Source: Camelus dromedarius (lineage: Eukaryota). Taken from it: a stretch of 64,000 nt of DNA. The notes under the pieces are model-generated. The model saw only the letters and a program-made list of their open reading frames with translations, had not been told where the DNA came from and did no database searches. A program made the position numbers and the translations under genes. Positions 51,553 to 64,000 of the stretch are shown here, in pieces. The stretch is taken from positions 101,248,001 to 101,312,000 of the forward strand of contig NC_087436.1 of NCBI RefSeq assembly GCF_036321535.1, in the 5' to 3' direction. Every line of letters begins with the position of its first letter. Positions within the stretch are counted from its first letter, which is position 1.

Positions 51553-54500
51553 ATCCGTGAGCATACTCTGAACATTTTTGTCTCTGTACCTTGATTCATA
51601 TTTATTTAACTGGGAATATTCTGCACCTTATCTCTGACTGCCAAAATCATTTCATTTTGTTCAGGATCTACATCAGTTATCACAAATGAAGCTTTTCTCA
51701 GCAGCAGATTTTAATATCCCCCCACCCCCCAGAATTTTTATATACTTTTCTTAGGAAAACTTTCTCACTCTTTTTGATATTATTGTCATTTGTACATGGA
51801 CCTTGTATTTCCATTAGATTATAATAATCTTTTAATATAATTAGTATTTTTTTTAAATTAGTATTTTTTTTAACTGCAGTATCCCTTGTACTGCCTAACA
51901 GTGTCTTGGCCATCATTGGTTCTGAGTATAACTGTATTAAAATAAAAAATATCTACAGAAATGTAATTAATATACAGCCTTAATAGGAATTAAGTGGAAG
52001 AAAAAATTATTATGTCTTAGGTGATAAGGGAAAGATTTGTGGATGAGTTGAAATTTGAAATAGGGCTTGAAGTATGGATAATTTTTAATAGATGGAGATC
52101 TGACAAAAGGGGAATTAGAGATTAGATTAAATGCCCCTTCAAACCAGAGGTAAAAGAACAGCACAAGCTAAACTCAGAATTTAAAATAAAAGGTATACAT
52201 CTATGCAATAACATGTAGTCAGTTTGATTACACTGCAGAGTTTTGATATATCTTAGTGAGAGCTAAATCCAGAAAGACGGTTTGAGACTAAGTCATAAAT
52301 GATGCAAATAGCATTCTAAGGAAATTGGAATTCCTTTAGTAAGCAATGGTTAGTCACTGAAGGATGTCACGTTTGGGAATAACATTAACTGAAGCACTGG
52401 TTACGGAAAAATCTGTAGGCTCTCTCAAGTGTCATTAGTTAAAGTAATATGAAGAATAAAAAGGGCATTTGAGGGTAGAAAAATGATGATAAATTTGAAA
52501 ATATGGATGGATAGCAAATAAAAATGTCCAGATGCCAGTGTGAAAATAAGAAAATTACAAAAATGGAATGCTTTTCAGCATGGGATTAAATATTAGAAAA
52601 TAGAAAGCTATTTGGTTATTTGAATATATCTACTCACTTATGTTTTAGAACTAGTCTATGGCTAAACAGTCTGTGGCCAAACGTTAGTGCTCATCTTTGC
52701 TTATTGTGCATTCTGTATCGGGGTAATGCACATTATTAATCCTTAACATTTTTTAAAGCTATTTTAGTTTGCTTTGTCAGATACTTAAGAACATATTAAT
52801 ATGAGCAAAATTACGTGGTATATGATTGATACATCTCTTTTCAAATACCCACCTTCTTATGAACCTTGTTTGTAATTAATTTGCAAAGTGTATATCAAAC
52901 ATAATGCTCCAAATATATCTTCATTAATAAATATAAATGATAAATCAGTTTAACTGAATTATATTGTACTCTGTTTTTCTAGCTGGTGAAATTAGGTAAC
53001 AGTTATACTGGATTTTCAATTTTTAATTAAAACCTAGGCTAATTCATTGCTCCAGTTACTTTTCACTTGAAAGATACTATTTTTTGACAAAGCATTTTTA
53101 ATGAGATGTTATAAATTAGTTTACATTTACCTTTTGGTTATTTGTTTTCCATTACTAATTTTAATGACCAGCAACAAACTGAAATTTCTATTAATTTACA
53201 TGAATAATTTACTTGCAGAATTTGTCCTATGTTTGTTAAACTGTCAGTAATCTAATTTATAACATTTTTAAGAATAAAAGTTCACCTTTATCAAAAATAT
53301 TGTTATAGCTCAAGGTATATTATTCATAAATCTTAAAATATATATTTAGCATTTATAAAAATAAAAATATATGTATATGTGTACACAAACATATATACTT
53401 TTTAAGCAGGCTATAAATGTGTAAAATGTGAAGTGGAAAAAGATACAGTAAATCAGACAACCTAAATTAAAAATAATGTAAATAGAGCAATGCTTTAAAA
53501 TTGTGGTGAGGTGACACTCTTCAAATAATCTGGATACAAAAATTCAAATTGTAGTGTCTTTGGCCACCCACTTTTATAGTACAAAGTCTTTGATTTTGTT
53601 TCTCTGTTCTTATTTTTCTCAATTATCTATCTTAATTATTAGTTTATAGGTTTCCTTCAACTGTCTCTGTTTTCTTGTGATACAGTGACTATGATTAGAA
53701 AAGATATGATGTATTTTTTTCCCTTTCCATCCTCCCATTTTACAGAGAGGTCATTTCTCTACATTAAAAAAAAATGCACATACTGTTTGCACTCTTTGGA
53801 TTTGGGGACTACATTGGTGTGACCTCCCTCACCTCATCCTACCCCAAAAATTTGGAAATGGATAAAAGACTGATTTTGGAGTCTTTTAGTCTGATTACTC
53901 TGAATTTTAAACCACATTACATAGAAATGAAAAACACTGGAAAGAAATAGACCATCTTTTAAATCAACTATCCTGAACTGTAAATGGAGAAAAAAAAGTA
54001 GTGTATCTATAGAAAGAATGTGTCAATATGAAAAGAAGTGGAAGTTGAACAACTGTGGAATCATAGAAATAACATACACTCATGGGACAAATAATGTGAT
54101 TCCTATTTGAATATGTTGGGGATACACATATGAGCAAGATCTGATCCCTGTCTTATAGTCTGCCTGAGAGAGACAGAACAATAAACTGAAAATAATAATT
54201 TACAGCATAATTGCAGAGTAGAGGAACGCACAGGGTACACATGGAACTAGAAGGTCCAAACGTTGTGCCAGCCCAGTGCAGGTCCAGTGATGCTTAAGTG
54301 GGCATGGATTCCTCTGTGAAGAAGGAAAGGATATTGCTGGCAGAGAGGCCCGCATAAACCAAGATATAGGAGTAGCAAACAACATAGTGTATTCTAAAAA
54401 AGCCCAAAAAAACCCAAGTACTTTGGTTTAAAACTTTAAAATTGGGGGCATTAAATTAAAATAGTAGGGAGGAGTCATCCTATCAGTATTTAGTGGGCGG

Positions 54501-54949
54501 TGCTCTACCCTACGCTGTGTTCCCCATTCCCTACCCTGACTTTTTCTCCTCATATTTTCTACAGATTTATTTTTATTTTTATTTAATTACATATATGTAA
54601 TTATATATTTGCATTATTTATGCATATTTAATTAATAATTTAATATTTACATATTTGCTTATTTTGTTTATTGTCTGCCTCTTAGATGGCAAATTTTCAG
54701 GGGACAGATTTGAAGAGCTCAAACCTAGTGACAAATCAAGAGACTAGCAGCCTTTGAGAGAAGCAAGAGTTCAGGATAGAGAGGGCTGTTGACTGGAAGA
54801 GAGGAGGGTGGGGCACTAGCAGGGAGGGGATGAGGGCAGGCCACTTTTTAGGTAATAAAAGCAAGAGGACTTACTTGGTGATGGGTGGGGTTTGCTGATG
54901 GGTGGGGCTTGCTGACAGTTGAGGGTTGACACCATGACTCAGTTTAGTA

Positions 54950-55380
54950 GGCCCTTGGGTATATGGCTTTCAGAACCATAACAGATTTTGTGCTGAAGGT
55001 ATATAGATTTAGGAATGATTAACAGTGTTTCATGCTAAAAACCTGGGCTTGAGGAGTAAAAAGAGAAGAGTTCTGAGAACAAAAGCCTGGAATGGATGGA
55101 GGGTGAGGAGGCTATATAGAAGTAGGGCAAGAAGAAGTGTAAGATCACTCAAGGGTTGGTGGGGACAAGGTAAAAGGAAAGCACATTTCAAGAACAGTGA
55201 AATGATTCACCAATTTAAAAGCAGCAGTAAGTTTTAGTAAAGTAAGCAGTAAAATGTGCTCTTTTACTTTGGCAATTAGGATATAAGTGGTGACCATAAA
55301 AAGATCTTTGCTAGGGTGGTAGGGACCCAAGCCAAACTCCAGGAGGCTGAGGACTGAATGGGAGGTGAGGAGGCTGAGAA
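54950..55380 (-). mobile_element. LINE-2 RT fragment
   Basis: ORF 55145-55387 includes VTTYILIAK..HILLLTLLKLTAAFKLVNH, a degenerate L2 RT motif (LLDLSAAFDTVDH). Confidence 0.8.
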
Positions 55381-56715
55381 TATGCATATATGCTGTTCAA
55401 AAAAGAACTCATCCTGTCCTGAAGATCTTTTCTGTTTCCTGGTTTGCTGGTCATTAACAAATAAATTTATTAATATATCACCTTTCTCTGATGCACTTTG
55501 ATTTTAAAAAGAACATTTCTGGAAGGGCAATAACTTGAAAAACAGAGCACCTCATCATAGGAAATGCAGGTCGCATATAGTTTAATACCTACAAATATTA
55601 GCTCAGATACCACTAAAATGTATCAACCATGACTCCTTGCCCTTTCTGGCCCCCCTCCTCTGGCTTTGCCTCCCCTCTTCTCTCCCGGAACAGCCTAATT
55701 CACCAAGACAGCAGTGATTTAGCAGGCAGTCAATAGGTACTCAGCCAAGCTTTGCGAAGGATTTTGCTTTTTGGCTTTTAGACCATGTCTCTGTAGCATG
55801 ACTAAGTTGGTCCTGGATTGCTTGATTTATTCTTCATTTTTTGCCTTGGATGTATTAATAGAACAATCAATCAGACCCTGGCAGGGTTCAGAATTGGGCA
55901 TTACAGAGCCCAATACAATGAATCATGCATAGATTTGCCCTTTTTTTTGGGTAAACAAATAGACCTGACCTTGGTTGTGCAAATGTTACATATGAATGCA
56001 CTGTACAGCTTTTTATTACACTCACAATATCTACCTTTCAAAAGCATTAAATGAAAATCTTTCTGCTTTATAATCCTACTGAAAAAATAATACAAAAACA
56101 TATTAAATATGCAGTGTAAAATACACTTAAGCAGGTGGCTCTGTACTCCAGGTGCTTCAGACATTTATTTAGGTTGACAATTTTTTAGGTAGCAGCTGGG
56201 AAAGAAAGAGGTGATCAGGAATGTTATGTTTGCTGCGATTTTGCTAAGATTATGTTTGTTTTTAAACATACATTTCTGACATTTTTAAAAAATTAAAATT
56301 GTATTATTTTACAATTGGAAAAGATCAGGTGAGGTGTACATTAAGAAGACCAATACACTTGAATGATTTGTGAGGAAAAGACTCTTTTAAGTAAGAGTTA
56401 CTTATTATTTTAGTTGGGAGCTTAAGAAGTGTAATGTTTTGCATATCGGTATAAATGAAATGCATCTACGAAAAGGCTTGAGATAATTTAAGGCCATCCT
56501 GAAGAGAGATAAAATACCTTTTCATTTCCACACAATCCCACTTTTCAAAGTACATTTGGTTCACAATTTTCATAAAATCTACATACATGCTTGTAGGATC
56601 AACAGGGACTGGAAAATTTCTTGCAGTCCTGCATTTGTTACCATGTAATCATTTCATACTATGGACAAAGTCATCCCTAAGGAATCAGTGAATCTGATTG
56701 ATCATCTTGGTCCTT

Positions 56716-56906
56716 TCACTTTGGGACTACCTTGTCCACTGACTGGTGGCTTGGAAAAGCATGGAATTTTGAGGGGATTGACAAAGAGGGAGAAGGTTCT
56801 TCCAGATGATGATAATATACATCTGGAATATTTAGCCACTTCATTTCCATTTCAGTGAAAGGCTTGATCACTTTTAACAAGGTCTTCCTGTATTTAGCGA
56901 GTTCTT
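56716..56906 (-). pseudogene. Pseudo-exon D (phase 1 start; 62 open codons to TGA; the exon may extend to the donor at 56587)
   Basis: ttttttatacttag|AA GAA CTC GCT AAA TAC; EELAKYRKTLLKVIKPFTEMEMKWLNIPDVYYHHLEEPSPSLSIPSKFHAFPSHQSVDKVVPK*. Confidence 0.7.
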
Positions 56907-58502
56907 CTAAGTATAAAAAATATTGCAGGTGGGAATGAGATTTGCCCTACGTGTTTTCCCTGTCCCTTATGCCAGGACATTACCGCTTACTGGCTTTCCC
57001 AGGGACTCTAATCTAGTTGAAAAAATAATGTCACCCTCTTCTGCCCTCCACCCTTATAACCAGAGCCTCTGCTAAAAACTTTTGGATCCTGCTCAAGGTT
57101 TAAGTTCTCCACTTTCTTTAGAGCCGTAATTGGATACAACTAAGAAGAACTGTGGTCTCGAGAGAAACTTGGTGAGGGGTAGGGAAAATATTATTAGAAA
57201 TAGTCTTTACCCAAGGCATTTGTAAAATGTTGGCAAAGTTACTAATTCCTCAAAATTATTATAAGTTTTATATTATATAATTATACATAAAAGACGCAGA
57301 AGAGTGACTTGGAAATCGTGATGTATTAATTAAAAGTCATTTTTTTGATGTGTGGCCAGACAAAAGCCTGCTCCATTTTTCAGCATCATTTTACTTGCAC
57401 CTATTTTTCCCTTCTGCAACCCTTTTGCTTCCTTCATATTTGCCAAACAGTTTCTTCTTTTCACAACTTTGTTTCTCATGCAAATTTACTAACAGATTTC
57501 CTACTATAAATGTCAAAAAGGACTCTGGTGAGTTTAGTACTTGTGACCCCAGGGTGTTAAGAGCATTAAACACTTAGACAAGATCAACTCTAATAGAACA
57601 GTGAGTAAATGGCCCAGTCCCTGGGACCTTTTTGTTTGGTTTCTTGAAGCAGGTGAACTAATAATACATTCTTCAACATTACCCTGAGGTATAAAGCTTC
57701 ACATATATAAGACGTCTTACAAATATTAATTAATGTTAATAACAGCCATATGGCAAAACTAATCTATGTTTGGAGCCTTGCAAAAATGACTAATAGTTAT
57801 TTCTAAAGAATGATCATCTACTTTTGGAATCTCCTCTGGGACACGTAGCTCAGAGGACACGGTAGAGCAAGGGTGCATGAAGGCAATACCGGTAGTGCCT
57901 GGACTTAACCAGCTGTGTGAAATTAGGCAACTTACCTGGCTTCTCTGTGTCATAGTTTATTTGTGTGTTTGGTTGGTTTTATTTTTAATTTGTAAGACTT
58001 ACCTACTCCATAGGGTCATTATAAGGATTCAACAAATTCCTGTATTTAAGCTCTTACTACAGTGCCAAGGACATAGTAAGTGCTCCTGTTAGCTAATGTC
58101 TCATTATTAAGCATTTTTAAATTCAAACTGCACTTATTGGGTACTTCATAAATTTAAGGACCTGTAGCAATATCATAGGATCTTTTAATTAAGAATTTCT
58201 ACTTAATACCTGGATGTTACAATGCAGCCATTGTTTAAAGCACATAATTGTAGCTCTGTCTTCTGGCAATAGCATCTTGTCCTCATTCCATTAAATCTAG
58301 AGTTCAAGATTTTCAGTTGTTGGGTTGGCTGATTTAATCTTGAGATTTTCGTGCCAAGACAATTACTCCTTTCTGCATTTCTGATTAGCTGTACGTTAAA
58401 TCCATTTATTTTGAAATAAAATAACAATTATTTTAGGGAAGAGCAACATGAAGCCCCCATCAGAGAACAAGAAGTTTCTTTTTAGCAGAGAAATAAAGGT
58501 AC

Positions 58503-59301
58503 CTGTTGACATAGACTCTTCATACATCAAAATTGATCCAAACAGTCCAAAAATCATACTTAAGTACACAGATCTCTGCTTAATTTCAGAACTTCAGGCA
58601 GTTAGTATTGAATGGGGCCTTGTGCAGTGGCTAGCCTGACGACCCTCAGGAGAAGTTTCTGACTTATGGTTGCAGTCAGTAGTGGAAGTGAAGTCAGAAA
58701 GCTGCCCTCCTGATTGTCTGGACAAAAAGATTATCTGCTTTGAGTACCACAAACAAGATATGCAGAGTGAATGTTTAATAAGACCTTGTGGGAAGATGAT
58801 TGCTGATGCTAATTCAGGACTCTTTCTATGATTTCTCAGTATCCATAAATGCTTCAATATTACTCCAGGCTTTGATACTAATGCTATATCCAGGCCTGAA
58901 AAATATATATTGCCCTTGGTTACTGATTCCTAGAGGAGAATTGAATAAATATTGTTGTATCCTGGCTTGGTTTCTGGGTGCCACTCTCCTAGTCACTTTG
59001 TGATTTGGGTCCTTTTTCCATGGAATGTGTCTTTCTGTGAGGTAACTCGGTTGATTAGCTGCTGGATAACCTCCATGGGCCCATCTTTCCCCATGGCTGG
59101 ATCCCTATCTTGTTCCCTTTTCCTTTCTTATGGCTTGAATCCCTTCCAGTCTCTTCAGCAATGGAATTCTTCTGGGCATGTTATTTCCCAGTAACTGGAG
59201 TTCACTGCTGACAGCTTCTCCTGGGTATAACTTGTTGCCTATCCTGGTCCTTTTCACTATCCTGTTACTTGAGCCTCCTCTAATCTCCTGCCTCACTTTT
59301 G
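58503..59301 (-). pseudogene. Pseudo-exon C (799 nt, phase 1-1; two stops and one frameshift; RGS-like motifs)
   Basis: ctttcatag| ... CAG|gtacct; TAG 59105-59107, frameshift near 58830-58857, TGA 58594-58596; IQQYLFNSPLG...IKAWSNIEAF...PELASAII. Confidence 0.7.
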
Positions 59302-59822
59302 CTATGAAAGATAGCCTGGGGTTTTGATTCAGCTTTCTTCACTGAATCAATTTAGCAGTCAATAGCCAACATGCATAAACTACAACTTTCTCTTTTGTAC
59401 TACATCCAAGGATCTGCCTGGTTTCATTTCATAACTGTAACAAAGTAACCATGTTCCTGAGAGTCCGTGGAGAGACAGGGCCTGGTATGATACAGCTTCA
59501 GATGTTTCACATTTAGGTGCTAATGTTGAGAGAAGAATCTTTAGTGCTAAGGTGAATTATTCCTAGCCAGTCTTGTAAGGCACTTAGTCAAATAGCTGTT
59601 AAGAAAATTCTAGGTAAAGAGAAAAGTGCCAGTGAAAGCATGGGTGAAGAGCCAGGGGAGAAACAAAAGCACAAAGGGCCTGGGATTGTCAAATACTTGG
59701 CAGATAAAAGAATAATAAACAGTAATATTATGAGAGAGACTTCATCAGCAAAACATTTTTAGTTCACAAATCAATGAGGTCTCAGATATCTCTAGGAGAG
59801 GGTAAGTTATCATGGGACTCAC

Positions 59823-59896
59823 TGCTTCTGTCCGTTCGGGAAGTAGTCAAGTTACCATCAACCATCAGTGGATCTTCCTCCTCATGTCTTTATGAC
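59823..59896 (-). pseudogene. Pseudo-exon B (74 nt, phase 2-1; one stop)
   Basis: ttggcag| ... |gtgagt; S*RHEEEDPLMVDGNLTTSRTDRS; phases link exons A and C exactly. Confidence 0.65.
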
Positions 59897-59918
59897 CTGC
59901 CAAATTCTCCCTTAAGGC

Positions 59919-60360
59919 TATGATGGTTGATTTTATGTGTCAACTTGACTGGGCTAAGGGATGCTCAGCTGGGAAAATAGCCTGGGAGGGTATCTCTGGA
60001 AGAGATTAGCATTTGACTCCATCAACTGAGTAAAGATCACCCTGACAAATGTGTGTGGGCACCATCCAATCTGTTGAGAACCAAAAGACAAAGAAAGACA
60101 AATTAACTTTCTCTGCTTGGGCTGATGCCCTTGGACATTCAGACTGGGACTCACATCATCAGCCCCAAGATTTTCAGTCCTTTGGACTCACACTGAATTA
60201 CACCACCAGCTTTCCTGCATCTTCAGCTTGTAGATAGCAGATCATGGGAATTCTTGGTCTCCATAACTGTGTGAACCAATTCCTATAATGCATCTCTTCT
60301 TATGTCTAATGCATATATGTCCTATTGGTTATGTTTCTCTGGAGAACCCTGACAAATACA
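59919..60360 (+). mobile_element. MLT2 solo LTR
   Basis: tgatggttgattttatgtgtcaacttgactgggctaagggatgc...cctattggttatgtttctctggagaaccctgacaaataca; near-TSD aaggc/aaggt. Confidence 0.92.
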
Positions 60361-60648
60361 AAGGTCATGGCATAACAGTTGTGTGTGAGATGGATTACAA
60401 CCGGAGAAATATTTGAAGTAGCTTTTACAGCTGTACAGTGGTAATTATAGCAAGAATAAAGAGAAAGAGATTAATACTTAAATTTTTCAGAGAAAGAATC
60501 AGTAGACGCGGAGATTGTGTTTGTGAACGAAGGAGGGGAAGTGATGAGGTGGAGAGTTATTAAGTGAATGGTGGTGCTAATGTAAATGATAAGTGTTATG
60601 AGAGGACTGGATGGATTTAGAAGTCTGCAGAAATGTAATCTGACTCAC

Positions 60649-61138
60649 AGAGAGTCCTCCTTCAAGACAGTTGCAACTTCTTTCACCACTAGCAGCGGCA
60701 TAGAGGTGGATAAGCCAAAATCATGCAAAATTCATAAAGCATCATATATGTGCAAAGGGAGATGCAGTCTAACAGAAAGCTCTCTTTTAAGTGCATTTTG
60801 TTGCAGAAATTTTTTCTCATTGCAATGAATTCATTTTTTCTATATTTAGTTTACAGCATATAAAAGCAAATATGGGTCTTTGGACGAGATTCTTTAAAAT
60901 ATTCATGTCTTCTCCCATCACAGCTTGTATTATACGCAAAGTGTACATAAATGCATTGTGAATAACGTAACTTCGAGAGGGTTTAGGAAGTTAGTGGCTA
61001 GTACTGGAAGCATATTTGAAGTAACTAGAATTATGGAACAAGAACATTAATCCACATTGGCCACACAGTAAGAAGCCATAGAACAATACTTCACGTTTAT
61101 CTGAGCTGAACATTTTGATTATAGAGCTTGCTTTATAA
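60649..61138 (-). pseudogene. Pseudo-exon A (~490 nt, phase 2-2; stops, a frameshift and a probably mutated acceptor; RGS-like C-terminal helices)
   Basis: Acceptor-like ttttttttttgcaa (AG>AA), donor CT|gtgagt; YKASSIIKMF...SH*LPKPSRSYVIHNAFMYTLRIIQAVMGEDMNILKNLVQRPIFAFICCKLNIEK-[fs]-KKFLQQNALKRELSVRLHLPLHIYDAL*ILHDFGLSTSMPLLVVKEVATVLKEDSL. Confidence 0.7.
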
Positions 61139-61259
61139 TTGCAAAAAAAAAATCCATGGAAAAATGACAGTATAAATGCACTCAGTAAAAAATTAATGAA
61201 CATTTGTAACATTAGGCACTAGATGTGGCAAAAATTGTTGCTATCCCGTTCTCCTTATT

Positions 61260-61650
61260 CTTCCAAACGGAGCTCTGGTATCAACCAGAGTGATCCTTTT
61301 AAGACATCTATAATTCGTCTGCTGAAATCTAATGTCCCAACCTTTGTTTTTGTTTGTTTGTTTGTTTTCCCAGAGGAAATGGCAAAGTTCTTCCACAGGC
61401 ATCGAAAGTCATAGATCCAGAACCTTGTTACTTCTCTGACTCCATCTCCCCCTTCTCCTACCCCAGTATGCCCTGCTACCCACATCACCTTCCTTGCTTT
61501 CTCTAGCAAGCCTCATGTTATTCTAATGCAGGATTTTTGCACTGGCTGTCTCCTCTCTGAAATGCTTTACCTACAGATATCGATAAGACCAATTTGTTCC
61601 CCTTTGATAACGCTTTGCTTAAATGTCGTCTTCTTTAAGAAAGCCACTCC
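61260..61650 (+). mobile_element. LINE-2 3' fragment
   Basis: accagagtgatccttttaagacat...tttgcactggctgtctcctctctgaaatgctt. Confidence 0.7.
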
Positions 61651-61679
61651 AATCATCCTCCCTCCCTCTCTCTCTCAAA

Positions 61680-64000
61680 CCATTTTATTGATGCATGATT
61701 GTCGTACAAAAAGTTGTAGATATTTAACATATACAATTTGATTAATTTGGATGTTTACATCCATGAACTCTTTATCACAGCAATTAACATATCCATCATC
61801 TCCAAAGGTTTCTCCCTGCCCTCTTTTTTCTTCTTTTTATCCTCCTTCTTCTTACTCTTATTTTATTAGAACATTTAGCATAAGATCTACCCTGTCAGAA
61901 AGTTTTAAAGTATATAACACAGTGTTGTTAACCATAAGCAATATATGGTATAGTAGATCTCTAGGCCTTATTCAATTTGCATAACTAAAATTTTGTATTA
62001 TTTCTCCCTCCTCCTAGCCCTTGCCAACTATACTTCTACTCTATGCTTCTGTGAGTTGGACTACTTTAGAATCTTCATATAAGTGGTAGTACATAATATT
62101 TGTGACTGGTTTACTTTACTTAGCATAATGTCCTTCAGGTTCATCTATGTTGTCAGAAAGGGAGGATTTCTTTTCCTTTTTATAAGGCTCAATAATATTC
62201 TGTCATATCTCTATACTGTATTTTTTGTCCACTTATCTGTTGATGGACACGTGTTGTTTCTGTATCTTGGCTGTTGTGGATAGTGCTGCAGTAAACACAG
62301 GGATGCAGATGTCTCTTTCAGATCCTGTTTTCATTTCTTTTGGCTATATACCCAGAAGTGGGATTGCTGGATCTTATGGTGGTTCTATTTTTAATATTTT
62401 AAGGGGCCTCCGTGCTGTTTTCCATAGTGGTCGAAGCAGTTTACACTCCACCAAGAGAGCCCAAGTGTTCTGTCTTCACATCCTCACCAACACTTACTTT
62501 TTTAGCCATTCTAACAGGTGGTAAGTGATAACTCCTTGGGATTTCAGTTTGCATTTCCCTGATGATTTGTGGTGTTGAGCACCTTTTTATAAGATTTGTA
62601 TGTCTTCTTTAGAGATATGTCTATTCAGATCCTTTGACTTTTTTTAAATTGGGTTATTCATTTTTTGAGTTGTATGAGCTCCTTATTTATGTGATACACG
62701 GTTTTCAAGCATTTTCTCCCATTCTGTAAGTTTCCTCTTTATTTTGTTGATTGTTTCCTTTGCTGAGCAGTTTTGTTTGTTTTGTTTTTTGTCATTGGTG
62801 GTGTTTTGTTTTGTTTTCCTGTAGTCCCATTTGTCTATTTTTGCTTTAGTTGCCTGTGCTTTTGGTATCATATCCAATAAATTATTGCCAAAACCAGTGT
62901 CATGAAGCTATCCTCTGATGTTTTTTCTCTTATTACTTTTATGGTTTCAAGTCTCATGTTTAAGTCTTTAATTTATTTTGAGTTAATTTTGTGTATTGCA
63001 TAAGGTAAGGGTCCAGTTTCATTCCTTTGCATGTGGATAAACAGTTTTCACAACACCATTTATTGAAGAGACTATCCTTTTCTCATTGTGAATTCTTGGC
63101 AACCCTGTCAAAGATTAGGTGACCATACATGTGTCAATTTACTTCTGGGCTCTCTATTTTGTTTCACTGGTTTATATGTCTGTTTTTATGCCGGTACCAT
63201 AATATTCTGATTATTATAGATTTGATTACTATACAAAAATGTGTAATATAGTTTGAAATCAGGAAGTGTGATGACTTGAGCTTTGTTCTTGCTCAAAATT
63301 GTTTTGACTATTTGGGATCTTTTGTGGTTCTATGTACATTTTAGGGTTATTTTTTCTATATATGTAAAAAATGTCATTGTGATTTTGATAGAGATTGCAC
63401 TGAACTCATAGATGGTTTTGAGTTGTTGGGATAGTTTAACAATATTATTTCTTCAACCTGTGAACATGGAATGTCTTTCCATTTATTTATGTTGGCTTTA
63501 ATTCTTTCATAAGCGATTTATAATTTTTGGTGTACAAGTTATTTACTTCCTTGGTTAAGTTTATTCCTAAGTATTTTGTTCTTTTTGATGATGAATGGAA
63601 TTGTTTTCTTAATTTCTTTTTTGGATAGTTCATCGTTGGTGTATAAAAATGTAATTGATTTTTGTATGTTGATTTTTTAATAGCCTGCAACTTTACTAAA
63701 TTTGTTCTTTGGTTCTGTTTTTTTACAGCATCTTTTAGGTTTTATATCATGTCTTCTGCAGAGATAATTTTGGTTCTTCCTTTCGGATTTGGATGGCTTT
63801 ATTTCTTTTTCCACCCTAATTGCTCTGGATAGTACTTCCAGTACTGTGTTGAACAGAAGTGGTGAGACTTTGCATCTTTGCCTTTTTCATGATCTTAGCA
63901 GAAAAGCATTCAGTTTTTAACCATTTAATATGATGTTAGTTGTGGATTGTTCAAATATGGCTTTTATTATATTGAGGTACATACCTTCTATACTTAATTT
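61680..64000 (-). mobile_element. LINE-1 (L1MA-like) 3'UTR and ORF2, continuing past the window end
   Basis: ORF2 remnants MDMIPKAQATKAKIDKWDY and KYLGINLTKEVNNLYTKNYKSLMKEL; L1MA-type 3'UTR (agatctaccct...gtagatctctag). Confidence 0.93.

Noticed and set aside
52633..53181. Two short minus-strand exon-like segments (~52633-52707 and ~53134-53181)
   Set aside because: Weak acceptors and no motif support; cannot be linked to the pseudogene without an ortholog.
58594..58596. In-frame TGA (also at 60732) as possible selenocysteine or readthrough
   Set aside because: The same frame also has TAA and TAG stops, frameshifts and a damaged acceptor, so pseudogenisation explains it better.
60850..61138. 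RhoGAP-like or CHAT-like reading of exon A
   Set aside because: It needs extra frameshifts and accounts for only one segment, whereas RGS-like motifs recur in several exons.
56716..61138. Assignment to RGSL1 or RGS22
   Set aside because: The peptide does not match those proteins as I recall them, and their neighbours (RNASEL, COX6C) are not visible in the window; no symbol given.
1..64000. CRISPR arrays, rRNA/tRNA genes, prokaryotic operons
   Set aside because: Mammalian DNA with no such structures; the only tRNA-like sequence is the SINE head.

Overview
This is mammalian genomic DNA. A tRNA-derived SINE at ~27.5 kb and the young L1 3' ends suggest a camelid (recognised by eye, not by search). 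The window is AT-rich and dominated by transposable-element remnants: L1, L2, MIR, MLT1/MLT2, an ERV-L provirus, ERV1-type LTRs and hAT MERs. I recognise no intact protein-coding gene, and most ORFs in the track are noise or TE remnants. Two non-routine loci stand out. (1) A decayed multi-exon gene lies on the minus strand (~61.1 kb down to ~44.5 kb). Its exons keep splice sites and matching reading-frame phases but carry stops and frameshifts. The conceptual protein shows repeated RGS (regulator of G-protein signalling)-like motifs and does not match RGS22 or RGSL1 as I recall them, so it is a candidate unannotated unitary pseudogene of a multi-RGS-domain gene. (2) A nested ERV/LTR stack at 35.1-36.6 kb runs into a CpG-island promoter (36.4-37.07 kb). 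It includes a MER41-like solo LTR carrying an overlapping perfect NF-kB site and STAT GAS site, and candidate plus-strand spliced exons that run antisense into the pseudogene. Repeat subfamily names and the RGS assignment come from motif recognition and need RepeatMasker/HMMER confirmation.
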